Both the position numbers and the translations under genes were made by a program. From assembly GCA_965225945.1 (NCBI GenBank), contig CBDDBZ010000029.1:103998-167997 (forward strand): DNA of 64,000 nt, written 5' to 3'. Positions 1 to 8,355 of this stretch are shown piece by piece (the stretch's first letter is position 1; every line of letters starts with the position of its first letter). The notes under the pieces were generated by a model that ran no database searches, had not been told where the DNA came from, and was given only the letters and a program-made list of their open reading frames with translations. This DNA is from Alphaproteobacteria bacterium (lineage in GTDB: Bacteria; Pseudomonadota; Alphaproteobacteria; GCA-2731375).

Positions 1-153
1 CAGGCGCATCTAAAATACTGGCAGGAATTATTGGGCCAGGTCGATGGGCCGGTCCGCAGCCCGATGCTGCAGTTGAGCGACGACGAGAAAGCCGTGACCC
101 GCCGCGCATTCGAATCCTGTGGCTTGACGTTAGCCGGTATGGCAGCCGAGTAA
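1..153 (+). CDS. 3' end of a dihydrodipicolinate synthase (DapA)-like aldolase/lyase, partial
   Basis: Frame 1 is open to TAA at 151-153: QAHLKYWQELLGQVDGPVRSPMLQLSDDEK, which resembles the DHDPS-family C-terminal K...G...GPVRxP motif. Confidence 0.55.
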   Translation, partial: QAHLKYWQELLGQVDGPVRSPMLQLSDDEKAVTRRAFESCGLTLAGMAAE

Positions 154-164
154 GGGGGGAGGCC

Positions 165-728
165 ATGACGCCGCATCCCAAATTCACGCCATTCAATTTC
201 TTAAAATGGGTTGATGACAATCAGCAGTATTTAAAACCGCCGATCGGCAACAAACTGCTCCACGCCGGTGGCGACATGATCGTCATGGTCGTTGGCGGCC
301 CCAATACGCGCGTCGATTTTCACGACGATCCTGTCGAGGAATGGTTCTATCAGATACGCGGCGACATGATCCTTAAGATCGCCCAGGACGGGGAGATTTA
401 CGACGTGCCCATTCGGGAGGGCGGGGGTTTTTTGTTACCGCCGCACACACCGCACGCTCCCCAACGACCACAACCGGATTCGGTTGGCCTTGTGGTCGAA
501 TCGCCCCGCATGCCCGGCATGAAAGACGCCTTCGAATGGTACTGTTTTAATTGCAACGCGCGCGTCCACCGGGCCGAATTGTCATTGCTGGACCCGAGCG
601 GCATCGTCACTGAGTTGCCAAAACTCTTCAATGATTTCAACGACAATTCGGAGGCACGCAAGTGCCAGAACTGCGGTACGGTTCATCCCGGAAAAGGCGC
701 CCCACCGGACGGCTGGGTCAATTTATAA
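165..728 (+). CDS. nbaC: 3-hydroxyanthranilate 3,4-dioxygenase
   Basis: LKPPIGNK, VVGGPNTRVDFHDDPVEEWFYQ and PHAPQR motifs; rubredoxin-like CxxC pairs (CFNC, CQNC); GGGGGAGG RBS. Confidence 0.93.
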   Translation: MTPHPKFTPFNFLKWVDDNQQYLKPPIGNKLLHAGGDMIVMVVGGPNTRVDFHDDPVEEWFYQIRGDMILKIAQDGEIYDVPIREGGGFLLPPHTPHAPQRPQPDSVGLVVESPRMPGMKDAFEWYCFNCNARVHRAELSLLDPSGIVTELPKLFNDFNDNSEARKCQNCGTVHPGKGAPPDGWVNL

Positions 729-763
729 AGCCGTCAGTCCTGTGAAAAAGAGTGTGCGTCGGA

Positions 764-2035
764 TTAGCTTTTGTCGCGCCGTGATCGCTCTTCGTGGACA
801 AACCCGAAAGCGCGCAATTGCCGTGGGGTGAAGATAGTCGCGGCTTCTTCATGGCTGAGCATGAACGACCGCGCATCCCAGATCTCCGGGAAGACCCGTT
901 TGTGCAAGGTCCCTCTAAGGTACAGCAGCCCTGAACCGGCACTCCCAAGCGTGGAGATCCTGCCGCCGCCGAGCACCCGCGCCACCATTGCAATGTGCCG
1001 GTCGCGCCAGTTGGCGAATGCCTGGTCCAGCTCAAGCAAGGCTTCGATCAGTGACGCCGGCCATGCCAGCAACGGCTGGCTCGCAAACTGGACCACGAAG
1101 ACAATCGCACGGCGGTGCGGTGCCTTGAGGAAAAATTCGACCTTCTGTCCGGCCTCGCGATTCAGCCGCTTTATCGCCGACCGCTTCAATCCCTGCAGAT
1201 CGCCAAGGATGCGTGAATCGTCGGCATGTGCGGCCACATATGCGTCGCGGTATTTCTTGGCGAACAATTCGCTGTGTTTGGCGTGCGGCCGGGCGCCGCG
1301 CAACGAGGGAAAGGTTGTGCGCTGTAGCCATTCGGTGGCCTTGTCGCGTAGTGTGCCATTCTCACGTATATCGAGCAGCCGTCGTTGCAGTGCTTCGCGC
1401 GACGCGTCCATGCCCTCGAACTCTTGAATGTCGAACTGCTCACGCTTCGCGTTCCTACGGGAATTCCACTGCGCTTGATACTGCGTCAGTGAGTCATATT
1501 CACGCTCGTTGGGGCTCCTCTCGCGCGGCTTCGCGTGTTCTCCCCCTGAACCCCGCTTCAAGAATTTAGCATCGAGTTCGCATTTCTGTTCGGCGTAATC
1601 GAGAAGCCCGCCATCGAGGAGACCCATCAGCCATTCGACTTCGCGAAACCTGAAAGACTGGGTGCCGCTGGCGCCGAACAGATATTTTCTGAAATTGTAG
1701 AAGCTGGTGGTATCCAGCGTTTCGAGTAGCGGCAGATGCTGGTTGATCAAATCGAAGATGGCAGCCGCGCGCCTCACATGGCCTTCGATCACGGGAACAT
1801 CGGATTCGGGCACATAGGCAGGCGGCGGCTGGGAGAGCAACATGCGCGCGTATTCCAGTTCGCTCAGAATTTGCGCAAACCAAATTTCGAATGCCTGATG
1901 GGTCCGAATGAAGAATTGCTCGTCCGGATCATCCCGCAGCGAATCGTCATGCGGTTCCCGGGGGCAAACATCCGGCAACAGATGCGGCAAAATGTAATGT
2001 TCGTAATTCATTGGTTGCTTGTGTTCGGCCGTCAT
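764..2035 (-). CDS. kynA: Tryptophan 2,3-dioxygenase family heme enzyme, long divergent form
   Basis: YEHY..LPHLL, DEQFFIRTHQAFEIWF, GASGTQSFRFREVE, WRDRH...V.R.LG and FPEIW motifs; directly downstream of kmo; GAGGAG RBS before ATG 2035. Confidence 0.8.
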   Translation of the reverse strand: MTAEHKQPMNYEHYILPHLLPDVCPREPHDDSLRDDPDEQFFIRTHQAFEIWFAQILSELEYARMLLSQPPPAYVPESDVPVIEGHVRRAAAIFDLINQHLPLLETLDTTSFYNFRKYLFGASGTQSFRFREVEWLMGLLDGGLLDYAEQKCELDAKFLKRGSGGEHAKPRERSPNEREYDSLTQYQAQWNSRRNAKREQFDIQEFEGMDASREALQRRLLDIRENGTLRDKATEWLQRTTFPSLRGARPHAKHSELFAKKYRDAYVAAHADDSRILGDLQGLKRSAIKRLNREAGQKVEFFLKAPHRRAIVFVVQFASQPLLAWPASLIEALLELDQAFANWRDRHIAMVARVLGGGRISTLGSAGSGLLYLRGTLHKRVFPEIWDARSFMLSHEEAATIFTPRQLRAFGFVHEERSRRDKS

Positions 2036-2084
2036 CTTGTTCTCCTCGTGCCAGAGCATTGTCCGGCCTAATGCAGTATCGAGA

Positions 2085-3428
2085 TCACATTAGATTTTTT
2101 ATGAGATTTTCCGCCTGATGGAAATCGACATCGTCGACCGACGTCACGGACTCGATCAGCTCGTCCAATATCGCCGACTGAACCTTGCCGCGCCTGTAAG
2201 CTTCGGCGTAGGGCAGTAGGTGAAACATGACCATGACGTAACGCGGTATGAAAATATCCGGGTGGCGTTCTTCCAATTTCCAAGCCAGCTCTTTCTTGAG
2301 CAGGAATTTCGGATCCCGGACAGAGTCCCTCATTTCGACGTAATTCTCCAGCGCCATATCGGCGATGGCTTCGGCGTCCGGCTTGCGGTTTTCCTCGAAT
2401 TCGGCAAAGACCTTGATCCAATTGCTGCCATGGCGCTCAATGCACGCGTCGAACGCCACGCAGTCCTCGAACCCAGCGTTCATGCCCTGGCCGTGAAACG
2501 GCACGATCGCGTGCGCGGCATCCCCCATCACCACCGCATTGCCCCGGTGGCGCCATGGAAAACAGCGGATCGTGCCGAGCATCCCGGTGGGACTTTCGAA
2601 GAAGCTGCTGGTCAGGTTCGCCACCAGGGGAACGGTATCGGCGAAACGCCGGTTGAAGAAGGTCTCGACTTCCGCAGTGGATTGCAGGTCCGCAAAGCCG
2701 TCTTCGCCTTCATTCGGTAAGAAAAGGGTGGCCGTGAAGCTGCCGTCGGGGTTGGGCAGGGCGATCAGCATAAAGCCGCCGCGCGGCCAGATATGCAGCG
2801 CGTTCTTGTCCATCGCGAACCCGCCGCCGGGATCGGGTGGGATGACTAACTCCTTGTAGCCGTGATCGAGTATGTCCTCGCTCAACTCTCCGCCGGTTGC
2901 CGTGATGATGGCTTCGCGGACCACCGAACCGCCGCCGTCGGTGCCGACGATCGCGCCACCGGACATTTCGCGCCTCTCGCCGCTGATCTCATCGACGAGC
3001 GCGAGTTTCCCGGCGGCGATATCCAGGCCCTCGCAACGCTGGTTGAAATGAATCGAGACGCCCCTGGCTTCGGCGGCGTTGATAAGGGACTTGTTCAGAT
3101 CCGCGCGGGAGACGGAGTAGATAACCTCTTCGGGTTTGTTGCCGTAGGGTTGCAGGTCCAACTCGCCGGATTCGTGGTGGACCATTCGGCCACGCATGGG
3201 GATCAGACGCCGGTTCAACTCATCCATGAGACCGACCTTTTCCAGGGCATTGATGCCCCGATTTGCGAGTGCCAAATTGATCGAGCGTCCAGCGGAAATC
3301 GCCGCCCGCCGCATATCCGGCTGGCGCTCGTAGACGGTGACGTCGAACCCGCGTCTGGCGAGATAGGTACTCATCAACGCGCCGACCGGGCCGGCGCCGA
3401 TGAGGGTTATCGCGGTGTCGGCAGTCAC
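2085..3428 (-). CDS. kmo: Kynurenine 3-monooxygenase
   Basis: GAGPVG FAD motif, SAGRSINLALANRG, GDAAHAIVPFHGQGMNAGFED; start overlaps the kynU stop. Confidence 0.93.
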   Translation of the reverse strand: MTADTAITLIGAGPVGALMSTYLARRGFDVTVYERQPDMRRAAISAGRSINLALANRGINALEKVGLMDELNRRLIPMRGRMVHHESGELDLQPYGNKPEEVIYSVSRADLNKSLINAAEARGVSIHFNQRCEGLDIAAGKLALVDEISGERREMSGGAIVGTDGGGSVVREAIITATGGELSEDILDHGYKELVIPPDPGGGFAMDKNALHIWPRGGFMLIALPNPDGSFTATLFLPNEGEDGFADLQSTAEVETFFNRRFADTVPLVANLTSSFFESPTGMLGTIRCFPWRHRGNAVVMGDAAHAIVPFHGQGMNAGFEDCVAFDACIERHGSNWIKVFAEFEENRKPDAEAIADMALENYVEMRDSVRDPKFLLKKELAWKLEERHPDIFIPRYVMVMFHLLPYAEAYRRGKVQSAILDELIESVTSVDDVDFHQAENLIKNLM

Positions 3429-4744
3429 GGCGCCCGACCGGGCCGGTCCCGTTCGAGCGTCTTGAGAATCTCCACGAAGCGGTAGCAGTCCTCAAACCGG
3501 TTGTAGAGCGGCGTCGGCGCGACCCGGATCACATCGGGTTCGCGCCAATCGCCGGTAACGCCGGCCGCCTCGAGACGTTTGAACATGCTTTTGCCGTAAC
3601 CGCTTTCGCCCTTCAGCCTAACGGAGAGCTGGCAACCCCGCCGGTACGAATCACGTGGTGAGATCATCTCGACCGTTTCGCCCAACTCCTCGGTCAATAG
3701 CCAATCCAGATATCCCGTCAGGTCCATCGATTTCTTGCGCAGGGGCGCCATGTGCCCGGCATCGGCGAACACCTCAAGGGACGCGCGAATGGCCGCCAGT
3801 GACAGGATCGGCGGGTTGGACAGCTGCCAGCCCTCGGCCCCGGCGATGGGTTTGAAATGCGGTCCCATCTCGAATCGGGTCGCCTTGTCGTGTCCCCACC
3901 AACCGCAGAAACGGGACAGGTCCGCATCGTCGCCGTGACGCGCATGAACGAAGCAGCCGGCTACGGCTCCCGGTCCGGCATTCAGATATTTGTAGGTGCA
4001 CCAGACGGCGAAATCCGCACCCCAATCGTGCAGGCGCAACGGAATATTGCCGGCGGCATGGGCGAGGTCGAAGCCGACCACGCAACCATTTTTGTGGCCA
4101 AGGCGGGTGATCTCGGCTATGTCGAAAACCTGGCCGGTGTAGTACTGCACGCCCGGCACCATGATGAGGGCGATCGACTCGCCTTCCCTTTCGATTATGT
4201 CGCAAACGTCCTCGTCGCGGATCAGCTCTTCACCGTCGCGGGGCGTGAGCAGCCGCATTGACCGCGCCGGGTCGTAGCCATGGAACTTGATCTGAGATTC
4301 CACGGCGTAGTGATCGGAGGGGAAGGCGTGGCTCTCGATCAGGATTCCGTGGCGCGCTCGGGTCGGCCGATAAAAGCTCACCATCATCAGATGCAGGTTG
4401 GCGGTCAGCGAATTCATGGTGACGACTTCCCCCTCCTCGCCGCCCACCAGTTCGGCCATGGTCGGAGTGAGAAATTCATGGTAGGGCATCCAAGGGAACT
4501 CTCCCTCGAAATGGCCCTTGACGCCTACGCGCCGCCAGCTGTCCAGCTCAGCGGCAACATAGTCCGCAGCGGATCTGGGCTGGAGCCCGAGAGAATTGCC
4601 GCAGAGATAGATCTCATCATCGCCATCGGCCGTCTTCGGGATATGGAACCGGTTGCGGAAACCAGCGAGCGTGTCCCGCCGGTCCATTTGCCTGGCGAAG
4701 TCCAGGCCCTTCCTATAAGGGGGCGCCTCGACTGCGCCGTTCAT
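3425..4744 (-). CDS. kynU: Kynureninase
   Basis: YLCGNSLGLQP, DLAHAAGN, DFAVWCTYKYLNAGPG (PLP lysine), GWWGH. Confidence 0.95.
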   Translation of the reverse strand: MNGAVEAPPYRKGLDFARQMDRRDTLAGFRNRFHIPKTADGDDEIYLCGNSLGLQPRSAADYVAAELDSWRRVGVKGHFEGEFPWMPYHEFLTPTMAELVGGEEGEVVTMNSLTANLHLMMVSFYRPTRARHGILIESHAFPSDHYAVESQIKFHGYDPARSMRLLTPRDGEELIRDEDVCDIIEREGESIALIMVPGVQYYTGQVFDIAEITRLGHKNGCVVGFDLAHAAGNIPLRLHDWGADFAVWCTYKYLNAGPGAVAGCFVHARHGDDADLSRFCGWWGHDKATRFEMGPHFKPIAGAEGWQLSNPPILSLAAIRASLEVFADAGHMAPLRKKSMDLTGYLDWLLTEELGETVEMISPRDSYRRGCQLSVRLKGESGYGKSMFKRLEAAGVTGDWREPDVIRVAPTPLYNRFEDCYRFVEILKTLERDRPGRAP

Positions 4745-4875
4745 GTCAGCGCATAGATCACCGGCCGGCAAGGGGCCGCGTCGGTGTGGAAAGCGGGCAT
4801 TTGGAGATTCAGCAGATACAGGCCGTCGCGGATTTCATCGTCGACGAAGATCATTTCGGTGATGGTCTTGTCTCC
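4741..4875 (-). pseudogene. C-terminal stub of a cyclase-family (kynurenine formamidase-like) gene
   Basis: KTITEMIFVDDEIRDGLYLLNLQMPAFHTDAAPCRPVIY resembles the cyclase-family C-terminus; its stop overlaps the kynU start (ATGA); the rest of the gene is absent. Confidence 0.7.
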
Positions 4876-5007
4876 ATCGCAATAACCGCCCAGCAAGATC
4901 GTCCGTCCAGTTCTTAACATGATTGGAACCGCCAGATACACCCGCTACCGCTCCCACCGGCGCGATCAAGCCCAGTTTTCGTATCATGTACGACATCCGA
5001 AGCGGGT

Positions 5008-5646
5008 CATCTGTGGACGGCGCCTTCTTGGCAAGGGTTTTCTCGGTGTCGATGCAGGGCCGGTCGGGTGCCCTCATCTGTACGGCCTGTTTGTGCGGCA
5101 CGTCTGTTCTGGCCGCCGGCGGTCGCCGGGCGCGAATTCCTATGCGGCCTGCGCGACCGGATCCCGGTAGCGCTCTCCACGTGACATGATCACCCAGGCG
5201 ATCCGCGCGATCCGCTTCGCCAGTGCCACAGCGGCCAGCTCGAGCGGCCGATTGGCGACCAGCTTCGCCAACCAAGGCCGTCGCCTGAAGCCGGTCCGGA
5301 TCCCCTGACGGATCACCGCCATGGCTCCGGTGACCAGCAGCCACCGAAGGTAGCGGTTGCCCTGTTTGGAGATCGGCCCGAGCCGGTGCTTGCCGCCGGT
5401 CGAGTCCTCCTTCGCCACCAGGCACGGCGGCAAGTGTTCGAAGAACGACATCACCCGGCTGCGGCGCAGCTGCTTGCGAACAACGACCTCGCCGGCCTCG
5501 TCGACGCCATGAACCTGGAAGACGTTCTTCGCTATATCCAATCCGATCGTGCCAACCTTCATCTGGACGGCTCCTCTTTCAAGTGGTCCGAGACGACTAC
5601 CACTTTGGCACCTAGATGCCGGGTGCGGCGCCGTCCACAGCATCAC
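5008..5646 (-). mobile_element. Internally deleted IS1111-type (IS110 family) element
   Basis: 14-bp sub-terminal inverted repeats CTGTGGACGGCGCC (5011-5024) / GGCGCCGTCCACAG (5627-5640); transposase remnant inside. Confidence 0.8.
5140..5562 (-). pseudogene. IS110-family transposase with a large in-frame internal deletion
   Basis: N-terminal GLDIAKNVFQVHGVD fused at about 5412 to the C-terminal STGGKHRLGPISKQGNRYLR...AVALAKRIARIAW. Confidence 0.85.
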
Positions 5647-5898
5647 TTCCCACCCGTTGGAAGGTGCTCATATTAGGGTGAGTCTCGGGGGTACATCAGA
5701 TGTCGATTCGGCGAAACCCGATATTCGGCCACCGATCTCGGGAATTAGGGGAGACGCCCCGTCGGGGAGGGTCGATTCGGTGATTCGTAGACCCTATGTC
5801 CGTTGAGGTTTCGACGCCGGGACCAGGTGTCCGCCTCAGCATGTAGTTTCGAGGGTTGCACGCGTTTGCGTGCCTATCCTCATACATGGGAGACGGAC

Positions 5899-7014
5899 AT
5901 GACGGACGATATCACCTTTGTTGGCTTGGATGTTTCGAAGGAGACGATTTCGGTCGGGATCGCGCCGGGTGATCCGCGAGAGGCGGTTCATTATTTCGGC
6001 ACCATCGTGTACCGACCGACGGCGCTCTATTCGCTCTGCAAGAAGCTGTCGCGGGACGGCGCGCGTCTTCACTTCTGCTATGAGGCTGGCCCGTTCGGCT
6101 ATTCCCTGCATCGCCGGCTTTTGGACTGGGGCCACACCTGCGATGTGGTGGCGCCCTCGCTGATCCCCAAGCGGCCCGGTGACCGGGTCAAGACGGACCG
6201 GCGGGACGCGCTGAGCCTGGCTTCGTTGTTGCGTGCCGGACAGTTGACCGCGGTCTGGGTGCCCGACGCGAGCCACGAGGCGGTTCGCGCGCTGGTGCGC
6301 CTGCGCCACCTGGCGGCGGGCGACGTGCGCCGGGCCAAGCAGCAGATCCTGGGCTTCTGCCTGATGCATGATCGGGTGTATCGGGCGGGTACGACGCATT
6401 GGACGAAGACCCACCGGAACTGGCTGGTGGATCAGAAGTTCGAGCACGGCGCTCTGGCGCTGACCTATTCGGAATTGCTTGGCCGTCTCGAACGGGCGGA
6501 AGAGATGCTGGCGCGAGCGCGCCTGGAGTTGCGGGAACACCTTGGCGGCTGGGCCTTGTATCCGGTCATGGACGCCCTTCAGGCGTTACGCGGCTTCGAT
6601 TGGGAGAATGCCGCCATGGTCGCGGCGGAGATCGGCGACTTCCAGCGCTTCCCCACGGCGGGCCATCTGATGGCCTACGTCGGCTTGGTGCCGTCGGAAT
6701 ATTCCAGCGGTGATCGACGCAAGCGGGGCAAGATCACCAAGTCGGGCAACGCCATGGTTCGCCGTGTCCTGGTGGAGGCAGCCTGGACCTATCGTCACCC
6801 GGCGCGCCAGTCGAGCCCGATCCGCGCCCGTTCAGCCCATCTGCCGGAGCCGATCCGCGACAAGGCCTGGCAGGCGCAGATACGATTGTGTCGTCGCATG
6901 CGCGATCTGCGCGGGCGCGGCAAACACCAGAACACCGTGCTGACCGCGGTGGCCCGGGAGCTGGCGGGGCACGTCTGGGCCATCGCCCGCATGGTGCCCC
7001 CGCCGATGGCATAA
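5899..7014 (+). CDS. IS110-family DEDD recombinase/transposase
   Basis: VGLDVSK, CYEAGP, VKTDRRDA, GLVPSEYSSG (catalytic Ser region), GKITKSGN, TAVARELAG. Confidence 0.95.
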   Translation: MTDDITFVGLDVSKETISVGIAPGDPREAVHYFGTIVYRPTALYSLCKKLSRDGARLHFCYEAGPFGYSLHRRLLDWGHTCDVVAPSLIPKRPGDRVKTDRRDALSLASLLRAGQLTAVWVPDASHEAVRALVRLRHLAAGDVRRAKQQILGFCLMHDRVYRAGTTHWTKTHRNWLVDQKFEHGALALTYSELLGRLERAEEMLARARLELREHLGGWALYPVMDALQALRGFDWENAAMVAAEIGDFQRFPTAGHLMAYVGLVPSEYSSGDRRKRGKITKSGNAMVRRVLVEAAWTYRHPARQSSPIRARSAHLPEPIRDKAWQAQIRLCRRMRDLRGRGKHQNTVLTAVARELAGHVWAIARMVPPPMA

Positions 7015-7317
7015 ATCGCCGCGCGCCGAGCGGCGAATACCAACACGCCCGCTTGCGTGGGCAGCGGCGGTGGCGGCCACTTGGGGAACTCCCGTTCCTT
7101 GGCTATGGGCAGGATTGCATCCGATGCCCGTCTGTAGAGTCAGGACAGCCCCATCGGACATAGGGACATGCGGTAGTCGATCCGCGGATAAGAGCTTGAT
7201 GGACCGTCGATCAAAGCCGTCCCGCCGCTGCCTTCCAAAGCGGGCGTCAGATACCCAGCACCCGGTGACGAGCCGGGTGAAAGGCCGCGTTCGTGCTTGA
7301 CAGGGAGGACATAAGAG
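7015..7317 (+). ncRNA. Candidate bridge/seek-type guide RNA in the IS110 right end
   Basis: Successive hairpins flanked by segments matching the element-end junction (GACAT 7165-7169, ATAAGAG 7188-7194); inference only. Confidence 0.4.
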
Positions 7318-7406
7318 AGGAGAGGACATAAGAGCCAATAGTTTCCGTTTAGAGATCTCTAATGTTATGGATGCCGAGGCCATCGGCAAGACCTCTTCCC
7401 GATTTT

Positions 7407-7507
7407 AAAAAAAGGTCATTCTATTTTTTCGCCTCCGCTGGCGCTGGCGACACGAGCCACGAAGAGGCCCGCCGCAGCGACCGATAAAGTAGAATGACTC
7501 CTTTTCT
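7407..7507. repeat. REP-like spaced inverted repeat
   Basis: AAAAAGGTCATTCTATTTT ... AAAGTAGAATGACTCCTTTT; related copy at 35989-36057. Confidence 0.6.
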
Positions 7508-7571
7508 GAGTTCATCTCGCTCGCCCGCGGTCGCACTTGTTGCGTCTCATCGGCTTCGTTAGACTTCGTTT

Positions 7572-7630
7572 ATGTCCGAAAGCGCTCAGCGCAGGCTGGC
7601 TGCGATTGTCGCCGCCGACGTGGTCGACTT
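7572..7630 (+). pseudogene. N-terminal stub of a class III adenylate/guanylate cyclase
   Basis: MSESAQRRLAAIVAADVV matches the typical RRLAAIxxADVVGYS start, then the similarity stops. Confidence 0.6.
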
Positions 7631-7726
7631 CGGTTTCATTGCCACCGTTTGCCGAACCTGCCACCCATCGCCGCTCCCGCCCGATCATCCGAACGCCGGC
7701 GTAGAGCTCGTTGAAAGGTCAATCAT

Positions 7727-8149
7727 ATGAACAGCGCTATCCTCACCGGAAGTTGCCTTTGCGGCGCGGTCTCGTTCGAGTTCGAACTGCCGACGCTTTT
7801 CGCCGGACATTGCCACTGCACGATGTGTCGGCGCGCCCATGGTGCAGGCTTCGTGACCTGGGTTGGTGTCCGCGAAGATGGTTTTCGGATCACGGCGGGC
7901 GAGGAAGACGTCGTGCATTACCGAAGCTCGGGTCACACGACGCGAAGCTTCTGCGGACGCTGCGGCAGCTCCATGTTTTGCAATGGCGACAACCACGAAA
8001 ATGTCATCGATATCACCGTGGCCAACCTGCATGGTGACATCGACCGCGAAGTGAAAGCACACGTCTACTATGACTGCCGCGCCAGTTGGCTGACGATCAA
8101 TGACGACCTCAAGAAGCTGGGAGGCGACAGCGGCACGGAGCCGCTATAG
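7727..8149 (+). CDS. GFA/CENP-V family Zn-binding protein
   Basis: GSCLCG, HCHCTMCRR, RSFCGRCGS. Confidence 0.9.
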   Translation: MNSAILTGSCLCGAVSFEFELPTLFAGHCHCTMCRRAHGAGFVTWVGVREDGFRITAGEEDVVHYRSSGHTTRSFCGRCGSSMFCNGDNHENVIDITVANLHGDIDREVKAHVYYDCRASWLTINDDLKKLGGDSGTEPL

Positions 8150-8355
8150 AAAGCCGCGCGGGAAAGCACGACACGCGAGGTGGTGCCGCCCAGGGCGAGG
8201 CCGCCTCAGGCATCGGGGGGGAGACGACCGCCGCCGCCTCGACGGGGGGAAGGGCGAGGGCGGCGGCGGCCGGAGAGGACGGCCTCTCTCGGTCCAATCT
8301 GGGAGACCAAACGGGCGCCAAAGGGGCTGAAATGAGGCGATTTGGTGGCGCCGGC

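Larger units (their letters stand above)
5698..7317 (+). mobile_element. Intact IS110-family element with long non-coding ends (~200 bp left, ~300 bp right)
   Basis: Transposase at 5899-7014; AG dinucleotide at both inferred junctions (CATCAG|ATGTC and ATAAGAG|AGG); outward-facing TTGACA at 7297-7302; boundaries are inferred. Confidence 0.7.

Noticed and set aside
7318-7383. MASASITLEISKRKLLALMSSP as the missing N-terminus of the formamidase gene
   Set aside because: It has an RBS and the right orientation, but rejoining across the IS110 gives an early stop and no cyclase motifs.
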